From IMG/VR virus record IMGVR_UViG_3300045988_101895: 39,041 nt of DNA. One strand, 5' to 3'. The position numbers were made by a program, and so were the translations under genes. Below, one piece after another: positions 28,432-37,164 of the stretch (positions are counted from its first letter, which is position 1; every line of letters starts with the position of its first letter). Under the pieces are notes generated by a model. It was not told the DNA's origin and did no database searches. It saw only the letters and a list, made by a program, of their open reading frames with translations. The stretch comes from a virus.

Positions 28432-29623
28432 CGCTCTCACCTCCTCCCACGAGTTTGCCTTGATCTCCCAGACGATTCGCTGGAATGTAGTTTTCCAGCG
28501 CCAGCAGCTCGTCCATATCAGGATCTGGCGCAAAGCCCAGCCAGTCGCGCCACTCATTCCGCCGCAGGGCCATGCGGTCGACCATCTCTTTGCCCGCGTT
28601 GACCAGCTCGCCGATGTCGTAATTGAGTAGGCTTCGATGGTTAAATCGCCAATACAGATCCGGCGAATACAGGAGCTTTTTCGTCAATTCCTGTTCAATG
28701 CTCTTTGCTACGGCCATGACCCGGGTGGACACGAACCAGTTGAATTCCTCCCGCTTGAACTCGCCCACGCCCACCAGAAAAGGCGGTACGCCCATCATGG
28801 CCGCCACCGCCCGTTTGTCCAGTTCCAGCCCTTGTTTGATTGCCAGATCGTTCAGTGTCAGCGGTTTTACCTGTTCCACGCTGAAAGCCTCCGCCGGTAT
28901 CATCCACGGCTGCCCCGTGTCGCTGGCATCCAGATATTGCTCCCGCAGTTTTGCACGGCCCTCCTTGCTGGCGAATTCCTCCGTCAGGCCGTCCACCTTG
29001 ACGATGATCGACGGAGCCGGGCTTTTCATAATTGCTTCTTTTGTTGCGTTTGTCTGCCTTAGGCTCCGCACCACGTCCCGTAGCGCCACCTCAAAGCCTT
29101 TCCCTTGCCACGGCTGTTCTGGGTCTGGACGCAGGAGGAAGTGCAGCACTTCGTCCGGGCGGTACTCTCGCCCGCCCACTCGCACCCTGTAGCTCTCGCC
29201 CTCTTGTCGGAAGCTCGTCATGGACGGCGGCACAGGCCGCAGGTTCTCCAACAGTTCGCCATTGTACTGCGGAATGGTTACCTGATTTCCGCGCAGGATC
29301 AACGTTGACACCAGCAAGGACATAAACGTCGCCCGCGTCATGTTCGCGTTTGGCGCTATGTCCAGCTTTTTGGCCAGCTCGTTTTTCACCCGCACGTCCC
29401 CCCGGTCTGTATTTTGCATTAGATGGATCGTCATGCAGGAGATCAGGTCGGCGTATACCCCGGCGCACATTTGCACCTCCGGACATGCTGTCACCGGCTT
29501 GTAGCCGTCCCCGCACAGGATCGTCCACGCATCCGGCGAGCACAGCACCCCAGACCGTTTAGCGGGCGCGTCTCTGCTTCTTTTGCCCTTTGCCCACTTA
29601 CTCATCCAACCAGCTTTTTGCAT
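28421..29623 (-). CDS. portal protein (HK97 family)
   Basis: 400 aa. RBS GGAGAGGATAAGCG. It lies between the large terminase and the protease. Confidence 0.85.
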   Translation of the reverse strand: MQKAGWMSKWAKGKRSRDAPAKRSGVLCSPDAWTILCGDGYKPVTACPEVQMCAGVYADLISCMTIHLMQNTDRGDVRVKNELAKKLDIAPNANMTRATFMSLLVSTLILRGNQVTIPQYNGELLENLRPVPPSMTSFRQEGESYRVRVGGREYRPDEVLHFLLRPDPEQPWQGKGFEVALRDVVRSLRQTNATKEAIMKSPAPSIIVKVDGLTEEFASKEGRAKLREQYLDASDTGQPWMIPAEAFSVEQVKPLTLNDLAIKQGLELDKRAVAAMMGVPPFLVGVGEFKREEFNWFVSTRVMAVAKSIEQELTKKLLYSPDLYWRFNHRSLLNYDIGELVNAGKEMVDRMALRRNEWRDWLGFAPDPDMDELLALENYIPANRLGDQGKLVGGGESDEE

Positions 29624-31376
29624 CGCTTATCCTCTCCATGTCTTCCAGCATCCGTATCACCGCAAAGACCGACGCGTCAAACAGGTCGATCCTGTGCTGT
29701 GGCTGGATCTTCTCGTATTGGATCATGTCGTCCGTTTTTTCGATGGCCCGGACGTTTTGCACACAGTACTCGTATGCCTCGCTTCCTAGGTAATACAGGT
29801 GATTATTCTTCACCTGACTTTCGATGTGTCGGAAGCCTTCGCTCTTTTTGTAAAAGTACTGCGGCTGATCGACAATTCGGAAGCCCGCCCGTTTCATTTC
29901 TAGGAAATATTCGCGGCAGAACTTTCGATCGTGCCCGACTTGGCGGATCTTGAATCCATCCTTTTTCCGGGCCTTGTACCAGTTTACGACGGTCGTCGCG
30001 TCGTTGGTCGGCGCGTTGCACATATCCAGCCAGCCATCGTCCCGCCAGCCGAACAGGGGAATATTGTCCTCGTCCGCCTTTTTGGCTGCCGCTACGATTG
30101 GGAACCATGCATGTGTGATGATGATATCGATCCCGTTATAGTGTCCCACCAGCGCCGCCGCCGTCAGGTCGTGCAGTTTGGACAGGTCTGTTCCGCCATA
30201 CCAGTCCGCGCGCAGCGCCGCAAGTGCCCGCATTTTTCTTTCCGTCGGCCACTCTGGCTTGATTCCCAGCACTTCCTCCGCCCGCCTGTTGCTTCGCCGG
30301 AACTCCTCCACGTCAAAGTACGCCTTGAGCGCCGCCGTGAAGCGGTTTAGCGACTTGGCAAAGAAATCCTTTCGCTGCTGCGGGTCGTTTTGGGCCTGCA
30401 GGGCATCGTTCATGATGTCCGCGGGCCGAATCGTGATCCCGTAGTTTGGGTTTGCTTTTTGGTGCTGGATCGGCGATGTGAAATCTACTTCTCCGTCTTC
30501 GTCTGCGTCGGCGCAGCACACGAAGATAAAATACGCGTCGTCCTCCACTGTCCCGTTGAGGATCTTGCGGCAATACTCCAACCGCTGTGCACAAAAGCCC
30601 GTCCCGTCGTCGCCCGCCGTGGTGATACCGATCACCAGCTTATTGGTGTACGCCTTTGTCGCCTCTTTGAGGATGTTATACTGCTTCGGCGTTTTGTAGG
30701 CGTGGATTTCGTCGGCGATGACGATATTACAGTTAAACGAGTCCTGTTTGTCCGGGTTGGATGCCAGCGCGTTCAGACTGATGGAGCCTCCCGCCAGATT
30801 CTCATGGCTGATACTGTGCCCGAAACTGTTGTTGAGTATCTTCCAGCCGTCCGCCTCCGCCTCTTTTCGGCTGCCGTATAGGCTGTTTTCGATATTGTAG
30901 CGCCAGTTATCAAAGCTTTCCATGGCCTGTTTAAGGGCCGCGCCTACAACGTACACCTTCGCCCCACTGGCCCTTTCGAGGATCGCCAGCCCGTAGGCAA
31001 TCGCCGCCGCGAACAGCGTTTTGCTGTTTTTCCGCGGGATGAAGATAAACGCCTCTTTTACCAGCCGCTCCTCCGTCCCCGGCTTGAAGAAGATCAGCAT
31101 GGCGTACAAGCAGAACTTTTGCCAAGGCTCAAGTAAAAAGGGCTTGCCGCGCATTGGCTCTCCCTTTAGGTTTTCCCCTTGCCTGTGTTTGAACGTCGCC
31201 TCGATGATCCCAATCACGAAATCCGCGTCCTTGGTCTTGATGTCGTACTTCCCGCTCTCCACCATTTCCGCGAATCGCCTACACCCAAGCTTCAGATCCC
31301 GGCAGGCTATCCGCTCCCCGTTGAGTACGCTCTGCACGTAGTTCCATACTGTTTCCGCATATTTGCCCCTCATCAT
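29598..31376 (-). CDS. terL: terminase large subunit
   Basis: 592 aa with ATPase and nuclease halves. ATGA overlap with the small subunit. Confidence 0.9.
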   Translation of the reverse strand: MMRGKYAETVWNYVQSVLNGERIACRDLKLGCRRFAEMVESGKYDIKTKDADFVIGIIEATFKHRQGENLKGEPMRGKPFLLEPWQKFCLYAMLIFFKPGTEERLVKEAFIFIPRKNSKTLFAAAIAYGLAILERASGAKVYVVGAALKQAMESFDNWRYNIENSLYGSRKEAEADGWKILNNSFGHSISHENLAGGSISLNALASNPDKQDSFNCNIVIADEIHAYKTPKQYNILKEATKAYTNKLVIGITTAGDDGTGFCAQRLEYCRKILNGTVEDDAYFIFVCCADADEDGEVDFTSPIQHQKANPNYGITIRPADIMNDALQAQNDPQQRKDFFAKSLNRFTAALKAYFDVEEFRRSNRRAEEVLGIKPEWPTERKMRALAALRADWYGGTDLSKLHDLTAAALVGHYNGIDIIITHAWFPIVAAAKKADEDNIPLFGWRDDGWLDMCNAPTNDATTVVNWYKARKKDGFKIRQVGHDRKFCREYFLEMKRAGFRIVDQPQYFYKKSEGFRHIESQVKNNHLYYLGSEAYEYCVQNVRAIEKTDDMIQYEKIQPQHRIDLFDASVFAVIRMLEDMERISDAKSWLDE

Positions 31377-31822
31377 CCGCTCAACGCCTTCAACGCCTCA
31401 CCTAGCGTGCTTTTCTTTTCTTTTGCCATAGCCGCCTCGTTGATCCTTTTGAGCGCCGCAGGGGTAAGTCCTAGCTCGCGCTCATGGGCTAGCAGCTGCG
31501 TGTAGACCTCGTCTCTCGCCTGTAAGAAAGGGTTTTTGACGAAGTTTTTTGCTCCGGCCTTGTTGGTGTGCGTGACGACTACGTTCCCGCCGGATTTTTC
31601 GAACGCCGCCTCGATCTCGTCCATCTGAACGTACAATTTCGCCGTCCGATTGATGGCCTCCATGTATTGCGGCTTGTACGTCCCCAGCTTTTGCATCCGC
31701 TCGATGATCGTCCGTTTTTTTCGTTCCATCGGCGTGCGTCTTGCGGATTTTTCCCCGGCTTTTTCGGGCTCTTTGTCCGTGCGCGCTCGCGCGCGCGCGT
31801 CATTGGAAGCTTTTGGCTCCAA
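31373..31822 (-). CDS. terS: terminase small subunit (P27-like)
   Basis: The C-terminal [43 protein letters not shown] fits the P27 family. The start is uncertain. TTG 31822 follows AAGGAGAGGGGG. ATG 31729 (MERKKRT) has no RBS. Confidence 0.6.
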   Translation of the reverse strand: MEPKASNDARARARTDKEPEKAGEKSARRTPMERKKRTIIERMQKLGTYKPQYMEAINRTAKLYVQMDEIEAAFEKSGGNVVVTHTNKAGAKNFVKNPFLQARDEVYTQLLAHERELGLTPAALKRINEAAMAKEKKSTLGEALKALSG

Positions 31823-31922
31823 CTCGGCTTTACCCCCTCTCCTTAAAAATCCCCCGCGCATATAAGAGAGGCCCGCCCCCGGTCGGCCACCCTCCCAAAA
31901 TGGGAGTGGAGGGGTGGGGGGG

Positions 31923-32207
31923 TTACCTCCGTCCACCCTTTTCCGGGTGAGCGCGGTTGTGGCAATCAGCGCACAGGGCGCGGCCGTTGGCGACGACGTA
32001 GGCCAGCTCCGGGTGCTCGTCGAGGTGCTGGATGTGATGGGCGACGGTCGCCGGTATCGGCAACCCATCCTTACCGACGCGGCCATAGCGTGCGCACTCC
32101 TCGCACAGGCCATGAGCACGGCGCAGCACCTTCTCGCGCCACGCTTTGTGGCGAGCTCGGTCGTAGTGTGGATTCTTTTCAGCGTATTTCATACGGTTTA
32201 CATCCAT
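31923..32207 (-). CDS. HNH endonuclease (terminase-associated)
   Basis: CEECARYGR...AHHIQHL...CADCHNRAH. The start MDVNRMKY follows GGAGGCGGCT. Confidence 0.8.
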   Translation of the reverse strand: MDVNRMKYAEKNPHYDRARHKAWREKVLRRAHGLCEECARYGRVGKDGLPIPATVAHHIQHLDEHPELAYVVANGRALCADCHNRAHPEKGGRR

Positions 32208-32264
32208 AGCCGCCTCCAACAAAACAGGGAGCTAGCCGTGAGGCCGCTCCCTTGTGTGATCCCG

Positions 32265-32283
32265 CTGATATCAGTATATCAGT
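32265..32283. promoter_or_regulatory. palindrome CTGATATCAG overlapping the tandem 8-mer ATATCAGT ATATCAGT
   Basis: Lies upstream of the HNH/terminase late genes. It is a candidate late-activator site. Confidence 0.35.
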
Positions 32284-32431
32284 ATTTTCGTTGCATGGCG
32301 TTGCAACCTTTCATCTTCCGCTCGGTTCGGATGATGTATTTTGTCAGGTCTCGCCGCGGGTACGGGCTGTTCGTTTTCCGCAGTGCCTCCCTCGCCCGCT
32401 GGATTTTTTCGCGTTGTTCTGTTTCAAACCG

Positions 32432-32460
32432 TTGACACATAACGATTTTAGCTGTAAAGT
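32432..32460 (+). promoter_or_regulatory. promoter TTGACA-17 bp-TAAAGT for the counter-oriented 143-aa gene
   Basis: -35 at 32432-32437 and -10 at 32455-32460, 22 nt upstream of ATG 32483. Confidence 0.5.
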
Positions 32461-32482
32461 TCCAAACGAAAGGAGCGATCGT

Positions 32483-32914
32483 ATGAAACTGATCCAGCTT
32501 AATGTCACCTCTCCATTCCGGTATTTATGGCTTAAAAGAGTCGATGGTGTCGATTTGTCTCAGCACTGCGCTCGTTGTCTGCTCGGCCCCTATGATCGTC
32601 ATATCAAAGGCGGTGTCACCGAGGCGCATGACTTGGAGCTTGGCGATGGTGTTTACTACCTCTGCGGCGTGTCAAGCAGCTTCAAGTATGAGCTGAACTA
32701 CCATCTGGCCGTAGTACCGTGCGCCGGTTCCACCGTCGTTGACGACCACAACGGCGTTCATGTGGTAATCGAGGGCGCAAGACGAGTTACATTCGGGTCG
32801 GAAGATATTGACGCAGGCGACCCGCATTGCAGCGTCAAGGCGTTCTGCACGTGCCGCAACTGGCAGTTTGCCCATCACTATGCAGCAAGCCAGCGCGACG
32901 GCAAGCCGCTATAA
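32483..32914 (+). CDS. hypothetical protein (143 aa), counter-oriented, with its own promoter
   Basis: RBS AAAGGAGCGATCGT. Translation begins MKLIQLNVTSPFRYLWLKRVDGVDLSQHCARCLLGPYDRHIKGG... Its 3' end overlaps the convergent ParB-MTase ORF by 80 nt. Confidence 0.55.
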   Translation: MKLIQLNVTSPFRYLWLKRVDGVDLSQHCARCLLGPYDRHIKGGVTEAHDLELGDGVYYLCGVSSSFKYELNYHLAVVPCAGSTVVDDHNGVHVVIEGARRVTFGSEDIDAGDPHCSVKAFCTCRNWQFAHHYAASQRDGKPL

Positions 32915-34244
32915 TGTCCGCCTGTCTGCCGTAGCTCCTGCCGCTGGGCAGCGGCAGGTCAAACTCAAAGCTCAATGCAGCTATCAGATCATCGTCTGGC
33001 AGCTGCATTGTTTTGTGCATGGCCGTTTGATAGCTGTCCCCATGTTTGCCCCATGCCATGGCGTCGATCACAAAGCCGTTTTGCTTTGCAAGGTCTTGGA
33101 CTTGCTCTTTTGTCTGGTAGTGCTGATAATACCAGTTGCCTTTGCGGTATGTGGCCGTGAAGCCGTCGGCATCCATGAACTCCGAGAATCTTTTGCTCAG
33201 GGTTATGGATCGCTTTGACCGCAGCTTATCCTCCGCCCTGTCTCGTGGCCTGCCGCTGATGAAGCACTTGCCAATCCCGAACAGGTTAAGGCATCCCATC
33301 ACGCTTTTTTCGGCCTGCAGACTGTCAACGCTGTTCATGACGCTGTCGCACACAACAACGTCAAACGGCCCGTTGGTCTCGATCTCCCTGCAGAGCCTGT
33401 CGATCATTGCATTTCCGGCCGCCACGTCGATGACCGCACCGTTGTTGTTGAAAAATTCAATGCCGACGGCTCGCCTGTGTTTTGCCAGCTGGCTGATGTA
33501 ACCACCCTTGCCGCAGCCGAAATCCAGCACTGACAGTTGCGGCTTGTCTTGCAAATAAGGGAGCACCATGGTTTCGTACAGCATACTACTGTACGGCTTT
33601 TTCCCCTTCTTTTGCCTCTCCGGGTCTCTATACAGCTGGGCCAAGCCTTGCACGTAGGTATTGCGTTTCAGGCTGTCATAGGAATACACGCCGTATTCTT
33701 TGTTCAGGTATCCTTGATCGTCCTTTTTCTCCAATCCGTAAGCGGTCACCGGCTTACCCAGCAATGAGCATGCTTTGACGTAATCCCCCCCGCAAATGAC
33801 GCTTTCACCCTCGACAACGCAGCTGAACACATTCCCATATTTCAGCATCATGATGCATAATTGTTTGACGCTTTCCGCGTTTGATGTGATGGGCCTGAAC
33901 TCGTCCGCTGGTTTCTCGGCGTACCCCTCGAAAGGCTTACCGGTGTATTTTGCGCTGCTGGGGTTTGTCGCGTTGGCGTTATGGAGCTGGTTGAAGCGTA
34001 TTTCGTCGCCGATGTCCAGATTTTCGACGAATTGCACCGGTACAGCGTTAAGTCCAAGTTGTCTGGCCGCGTTTGTCCGCTGGTGGCCCGCAATAATTAC
34101 GTTATTCGCCTTGTTAACGATCACAGGCATAACAAATCCCAGCTCTTGGATGCTTTCCATGAGCTGTTCTTTCTGCTTCTCGCTGATCTTACGCGGGTTG
34201 TACTCTGCTGGTTTGATTTTGTCTATGCCGATAAAATCAATCAT
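32835..34244 (-). CDS. ParB-like N-terminal domain fused to a class I SAM-dependent methyltransferase
   Basis: IDKIKPAEYNPRKISEKQKEQLMESIQELGFVMPVIVNK...IIAGHQR is the ParB/Srx-type part. VLDFGCGKGGYISQL is the SAM-binding motif I. I did not see a DPPY/NPPY motif. Confidence 0.7.
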   Translation of the reverse strand: MIDFIGIDKIKPAEYNPRKISEKQKEQLMESIQELGFVMPVIVNKANNVIIAGHQRTNAARQLGLNAVPVQFVENLDIGDEIRFNQLHNANATNPSSAKYTGKPFEGYAEKPADEFRPITSNAESVKQLCIMMLKYGNVFSCVVEGESVICGGDYVKACSLLGKPVTAYGLEKKDDQGYLNKEYGVYSYDSLKRNTYVQGLAQLYRDPERQKKGKKPYSSMLYETMVLPYLQDKPQLSVLDFGCGKGGYISQLAKHRRAVGIEFFNNNGAVIDVAAGNAMIDRLCREIETNGPFDVVVCDSVMNSVDSLQAEKSVMGCLNLFGIGKCFISGRPRDRAEDKLRSKRSITLSKRFSEFMDADGFTATYRKGNWYYQHYQTKEQVQDLAKQNGFVIDAMAWGKHGDSYQTAMHKTMQLPDDDLIAALSFEFDLPLPSGRSYGRQADIIAACRRAGLLHSDGQTASCGTCRTP

Positions 34245-34794
34245 GCAATAAACTCCTCACAAAACCGAAACTAACGCCATTCAGGTCTACGTAACGTTCC
34301 AGTTTTTCTGTTATTTCGGCGTATTCTTCCTCCGTCATGCCTATTGTCTGCTTGTCGATCATCATTTTGTGTTCCATTGCCGCTGTTGTGCTCCCGACCT
34401 GATCGATCGGTTCAACGTCTTGCAGCTCTTCGATGTTATCAAACCCAAACAGGCTCATATCCAGCTCGCCGATCCCGGCCAGCTCCTCCTCCAAGGCGGA
34501 GAAATCCCACTCGGCCAGTTCGCCGGTCTTGTTGTCGGCCAGCCGGTAGGCCCTGACCTGTTCGTCCGTCAGTTTTCCGGCCACCACGACGGGCACCTCT
34601 GTCAGCCCCAGCTTTTTCGCGGCCTTGTAACGGGTGTGACCGGCGATGATCACGCCGTCCCGGTCTACCACGATGGGCTGTTGGAATCCAAACTCCCGGA
34701 TGCTTTCGGCCACCGCGCCCACGGCTCCGTCGTTGACGCGCGGGTTGTTCTCATAGGGCCGGATCTCCTCGATCCCCTTGATGATGATCTCCAT
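34237..34794 (-). CDS. ParB-like nuclease-domain protein
   Basis: Start MEIIIKGIEEIRPYENNPRVNDGAVGAVAESIREFGFQQPIVVDRDGVIIAGHTRYKAAKKLG follows GAAGGAGGGAACATC. Confidence 0.8.
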   Translation of the reverse strand: MEIIIKGIEEIRPYENNPRVNDGAVGAVAESIREFGFQQPIVVDRDGVIIAGHTRYKAAKKLGLTEVPVVVAGKLTDEQVRAYRLADNKTGELAEWDFSALEEELAGIGELDMSLFGFDNIEELQDVEPIDQVGSTTAAMEHKMMIDKQTIGMTEEEYAEITEKLERYVDLNGVSFGFVRSLLHD

Positions 34795-34807
34795 GATGTT
34801 CCCTCCT

Positions 34808-35284
34808 TCACGTTTCCTTCCGTTCCTCCGCCAGTCTGGCGTTAATCGTGACCAGCGCGTCGCCGTGCCAGCGCCACGCGGTGACCTTGTCGCAGCACAT
34901 GGCGGCGGCGACGGCTTCCCAGCGCTGGCCACGCAGGTAGCGCCGGATGATGACCTCCCGCTGGTTGGCCGTCTCCGGCCATGTGAGCATCTCCCGGAGG
35001 CGGCGCAGCTCGGCGGCCAGCGCCTCGTCCAGAGCGGCCAGCTCCTGACGCGCATCCGCGGCGCTCATCGCGTCCTCCGCCATGCGGTCATAGCTGGCAG
35101 CGCCGCCCGCCGCCTTGTAGGGCTTGAGCCGCACCGTGCAGGACGTGGCTCGGGCGTAGTGCTCCTCCACCTCCCGCTCTACCTCCTCCCGCTGGCGCAG
35201 CAGGGAGCGGTAGCCCCGCAGGGCCTCCTTGGCAGGATTCGGCGGCTTTTGGGTTTCAGGTCTGTAGGGATGTTCACTTTCCAC
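34808..35284 (-). CDS. ArpU/RinA-like late-gene regulator (sigma region-4-like HTH)
   Basis: GTG start follows GGAGGGAGG. The C-terminal REVIIRRYLRGQRWEAVAAAMCCDKVTAWRWHGDAL is HTH-like. Confidence 0.5.
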   Translation of the reverse strand: MESEHPYRPETQKPPNPAKEALRGYRSLLRQREEVEREVEEHYARATSCTVRLKPYKAAGGAASYDRMAEDAMSAADARQELAALDEALAAELRRLREMLTWPETANQREVIIRRYLRGQRWEAVAAAMCCDKVTAWRWHGDALVTINARLAEERKET

Positions 35285-35678
35285 TCTCCCCGCCTCCCTC
35301 CAGATACGCCTCGATGGCTTCCGCCGCCCGCTCCCAGCCGTGGCACAGGCTGACGGCGTACCCCTCCGCCATGAGCGCGTCCATCCACGCCACCTGTTCC
35401 GGGGTCGCCCGTCCGCTCCGCTCCCGCTTTAGCTCGATGTACAGGCCGTGGCAGCCGCCCCGGGCCACCGGCAGACACACGTCAGGCACGCCCTTTTTCA
35501 GCCCCTCGGCCTTCATCCGGGCCCCGGTCTTGACGCTCCTTTTCCCCTCGTTGGGGATGTGGTAGAGCAGGTTTAGCTCCGGGCGCGCTCCCGCCGCCAT
35601 CCGCGCCCACTGGAAGAGCCGCTGTTGTTCCACGCTTTCCGTCGGCTCGGGGATGGCTTCCCTTGGATTTTTTGGCAT
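35274..35678 (-). CDS. VRR-NUC domain nuclease
   Basis: EQQRLFQWARMAA...LLYHIPNEGKRS...GLKKGVPDVCLPVARGGCHGLYIELKRERGRATPEQVAWMDALMAEGYAV. RBS GAAGGGAGGAAAACGGA. Confidence 0.75.
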   Translation of the reverse strand: MPKNPREAIPEPTESVEQQRLFQWARMAAGARPELNLLYHIPNEGKRSVKTGARMKAEGLKKGVPDVCLPVARGGCHGLYIELKRERSGRATPEQVAWMDALMAEGYAVSLCHGWERAAEAIEAYLEGGGESGK

Positions 35679-36456
35679 TCCGTTTTCCTCCCTTCGGCGG
35701 TTTCGGCTCCCATTTCTCCGCCATACAGGCGTAATCCACGTAGTAATAGCCCAGCACGTCCACGCCGAAGCGCCAGTCCGGCAGCAGCCGGTAGCCCTTG
35801 GGCGGCTTTGGCTCGCCCAGACGGGGCTTTGGCGCTGGTTTGACCTTCTCCACGGGCCGGGCAAGGTTCCGGCTGGCGTGCCAGCGGCGCTGATATTTCC
35901 TCCGCGGGGTCTTGGGTGCCGGGTCGCCGTGCTCGTCCGTCTTCCGGCGGCACTCCTTGTGGTCGGTCGTCAGGTAACGGGCCAGCTCCCGGTAGTTGTT
36001 CTGGTCTTCCAGCGTGGAGACCGCTACCCGGCCCCGGTCTCCCCAGACCCTGACCAGCTGATCCAGCGTCAGGCCGCCGTTTAGGATCAGGTGGGTATGC
36101 CAGCGCCCCTGTTCCTCCGTCACGGCGATATACTTCAGCTCGGAGAGGCCCAGCCGCTTCCGTATCCGCTTGAGCCTGGCGATCAGGTTCCGTTCCTCCC
36201 GGAGCGCGTCCGCCTCGGTGATCCGCTCCCGGTGGGTGACGGTGACGAAGAGATCCCCCGCCGCCCGGCTGAAATTACACAGTACCAGCCGGAGGAGCTT
36301 TTTCCACGCGGCGACGGAGTTCAGCTCCTCCTGATACTCGGTGGTGTCCCGCTCCACCGGGCCCCTTGGGGTCTGTTTCCCCGGCGACCGCAGGGCATGG
36401 TAGCGGTACACCTCCAGATACGGCCCCGACTGGATCCGTTTCTCGTAATAGCCCAT
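35482..36456 (-). CDS. HUH-type (rolling-circle Rep-like) replication initiator candidate
   Basis: Start MGYYEKRIQSGPYLEVYRY follows AAAGGAGAAGAAAGGGAC. WHTHLILNG is a HUH motif and NNYRELARYL holds candidate Tyr residues. The last ~65 codons overlap VRR-NUC out of frame. Confidence 0.45.
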   Translation of the reverse strand: MGYYEKRIQSGPYLEVYRYHALRSPGKQTPRGPVERDTTEYQEELNSVAAWKKLLRLVLCNFSRAAGDLFVTVTHRERITEADALREERNLIARLKRIRKRLGLSELKYIAVTEEQGRWHTHLILNGGLTLDQLVRVWGDRGRVAVSTLEDQNNYRELARYLTTDHKECRRKTDEHGDPAPKTPRRKYQRRWHASRNLARPVEKVKPAPKPRLGEPKPPKGYRLLPDWRFGVDVLGYYYVDYACMAEKWEPKPPKGGKRNAKKSKGSHPRADGKRGTTAALPVGADGGGSAPGAKPALPHPQRGEKERQDRGPDEGRGAEKGRA

Positions 36457-36725
36457 GTCCCTTTCTTCTCCTTTGGTTCTTTCTCCCGGGAGGGCCAAGG
36501 GCGAGTGGGGGAAACCTGACGTTTCCCCCGGTCGCCCTATGGCGTACCCCCTCCCCTTTTGTCGGCCCGCCCCGCTTCGCGTCGCGGGCTTCGGCCTCCG
36601 GGAGCCTTTGCGGCTGTCCTCGGCCTCGGCTCCCGATGGTCGCCCTCCTAATATATGCATACCCGTGCATATGTGCGTATAGTTAATTGTGTTACAGGGT
36701 CGTATAGGGCGCTATCCGCCCCGCG
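36457..36725. other. structured intergenic region upstream of Rep: GC hairpins plus an AT-rich island with GTGC(A/G)TAT and CGTATAG repeats (origin candidate)
   Basis: GGGGGAAAC-CTGAC-GTTTCCCCC, GCCCGC...GCGGGC and CGGGAGCC...GGCTCCCG stems. The AT-rich island is taatatatgcatacccgtgcatatgtgcgtatagttaattgtg. Confidence 0.4.
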
Positions 36726-36962
36726 TCATTTCGGCGCGTAAAACCCGCACTTGTCGTCCAGCACCCCCGCCACCGTACCGAAGGCCGCGCATTCCCGCCC
36801 GATCTTGAGATAGAAGGTCGGGCGGTAGTGGGCGCAGCGCTGGCAGCAGAGAGGGATTCGTTTTGTCGGCCCGCGTCCTTCTGGGGCGCTTGGCTCGGCA
36901 CTATCTGTAGGCTCCGCATGTGTTTCTACTATATATAGAGGGTCACGGTTCATACCAGTCAC
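36726..36962 (-). CDS. hypothetical small Cys-containing protein (78 aa)
   Basis: GTG start follows GGGAGGTCACGG. Contains CCQRCAHY...C...C. Confidence 0.5.
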   Translation of the reverse strand: MTGMNRDPLYIVETHAEPTDSAEPSAPEGRGPTKRIPLCCQRCAHYRPTFYLKIGRECAAFGTVAGVLDDKCGFYAPK

Positions 36963-37164
36963 CCGTGACCTCCCACGCGTCGGAGATCAGGTCGTCCGCG
37001 TCCGGGTTCCACCGCACGGCGGGCGGGCGCCTGCTTCCCTCCACCCAGATCAGGCAGCAGTCCGGCGAGGTCTCCGGCTTGATGATGATCCGCCGGTCGT
37101 ACCAGCGCCGGGCAATGTTCTTTCCCTCCGCCATGGCTCGGCGGGTGGCCTCGGTGATGGTCAT
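36943..37164 (-). CDS. DUF2829-like protein (Tad2-like candidate)
   Basis: MTITEATRRAMAEGKNIARRWYDRRIIIKPETSPDCCLIWVEGSRRPPAVRWNPDADDLISDAWEVTGDW. The N-terminal A..G..I.R..W and C-terminal W.P...DL...W.V match the DUF2829 pattern as I remember it. ATGA overlap upstream. Confidence 0.5.
   Translation of the reverse strand: MTITEATRRAMAEGKNIARRWYDRRIIIKPETSPDCCLIWVEGSRRPPAVRWNPDADDLISDAWEVTGDWYEP

Noticed and set aside
31373-32119. The full 248-aa form of the small-terminase ORF.
   Set aside because: Its N-terminal ~100 codons overlap the HNH gene out of frame and are low-complexity. The P27-like homology begins near MERKKRT. Starts at 31822 (TTG with RBS) or 31729 (ATG) are more plausible.
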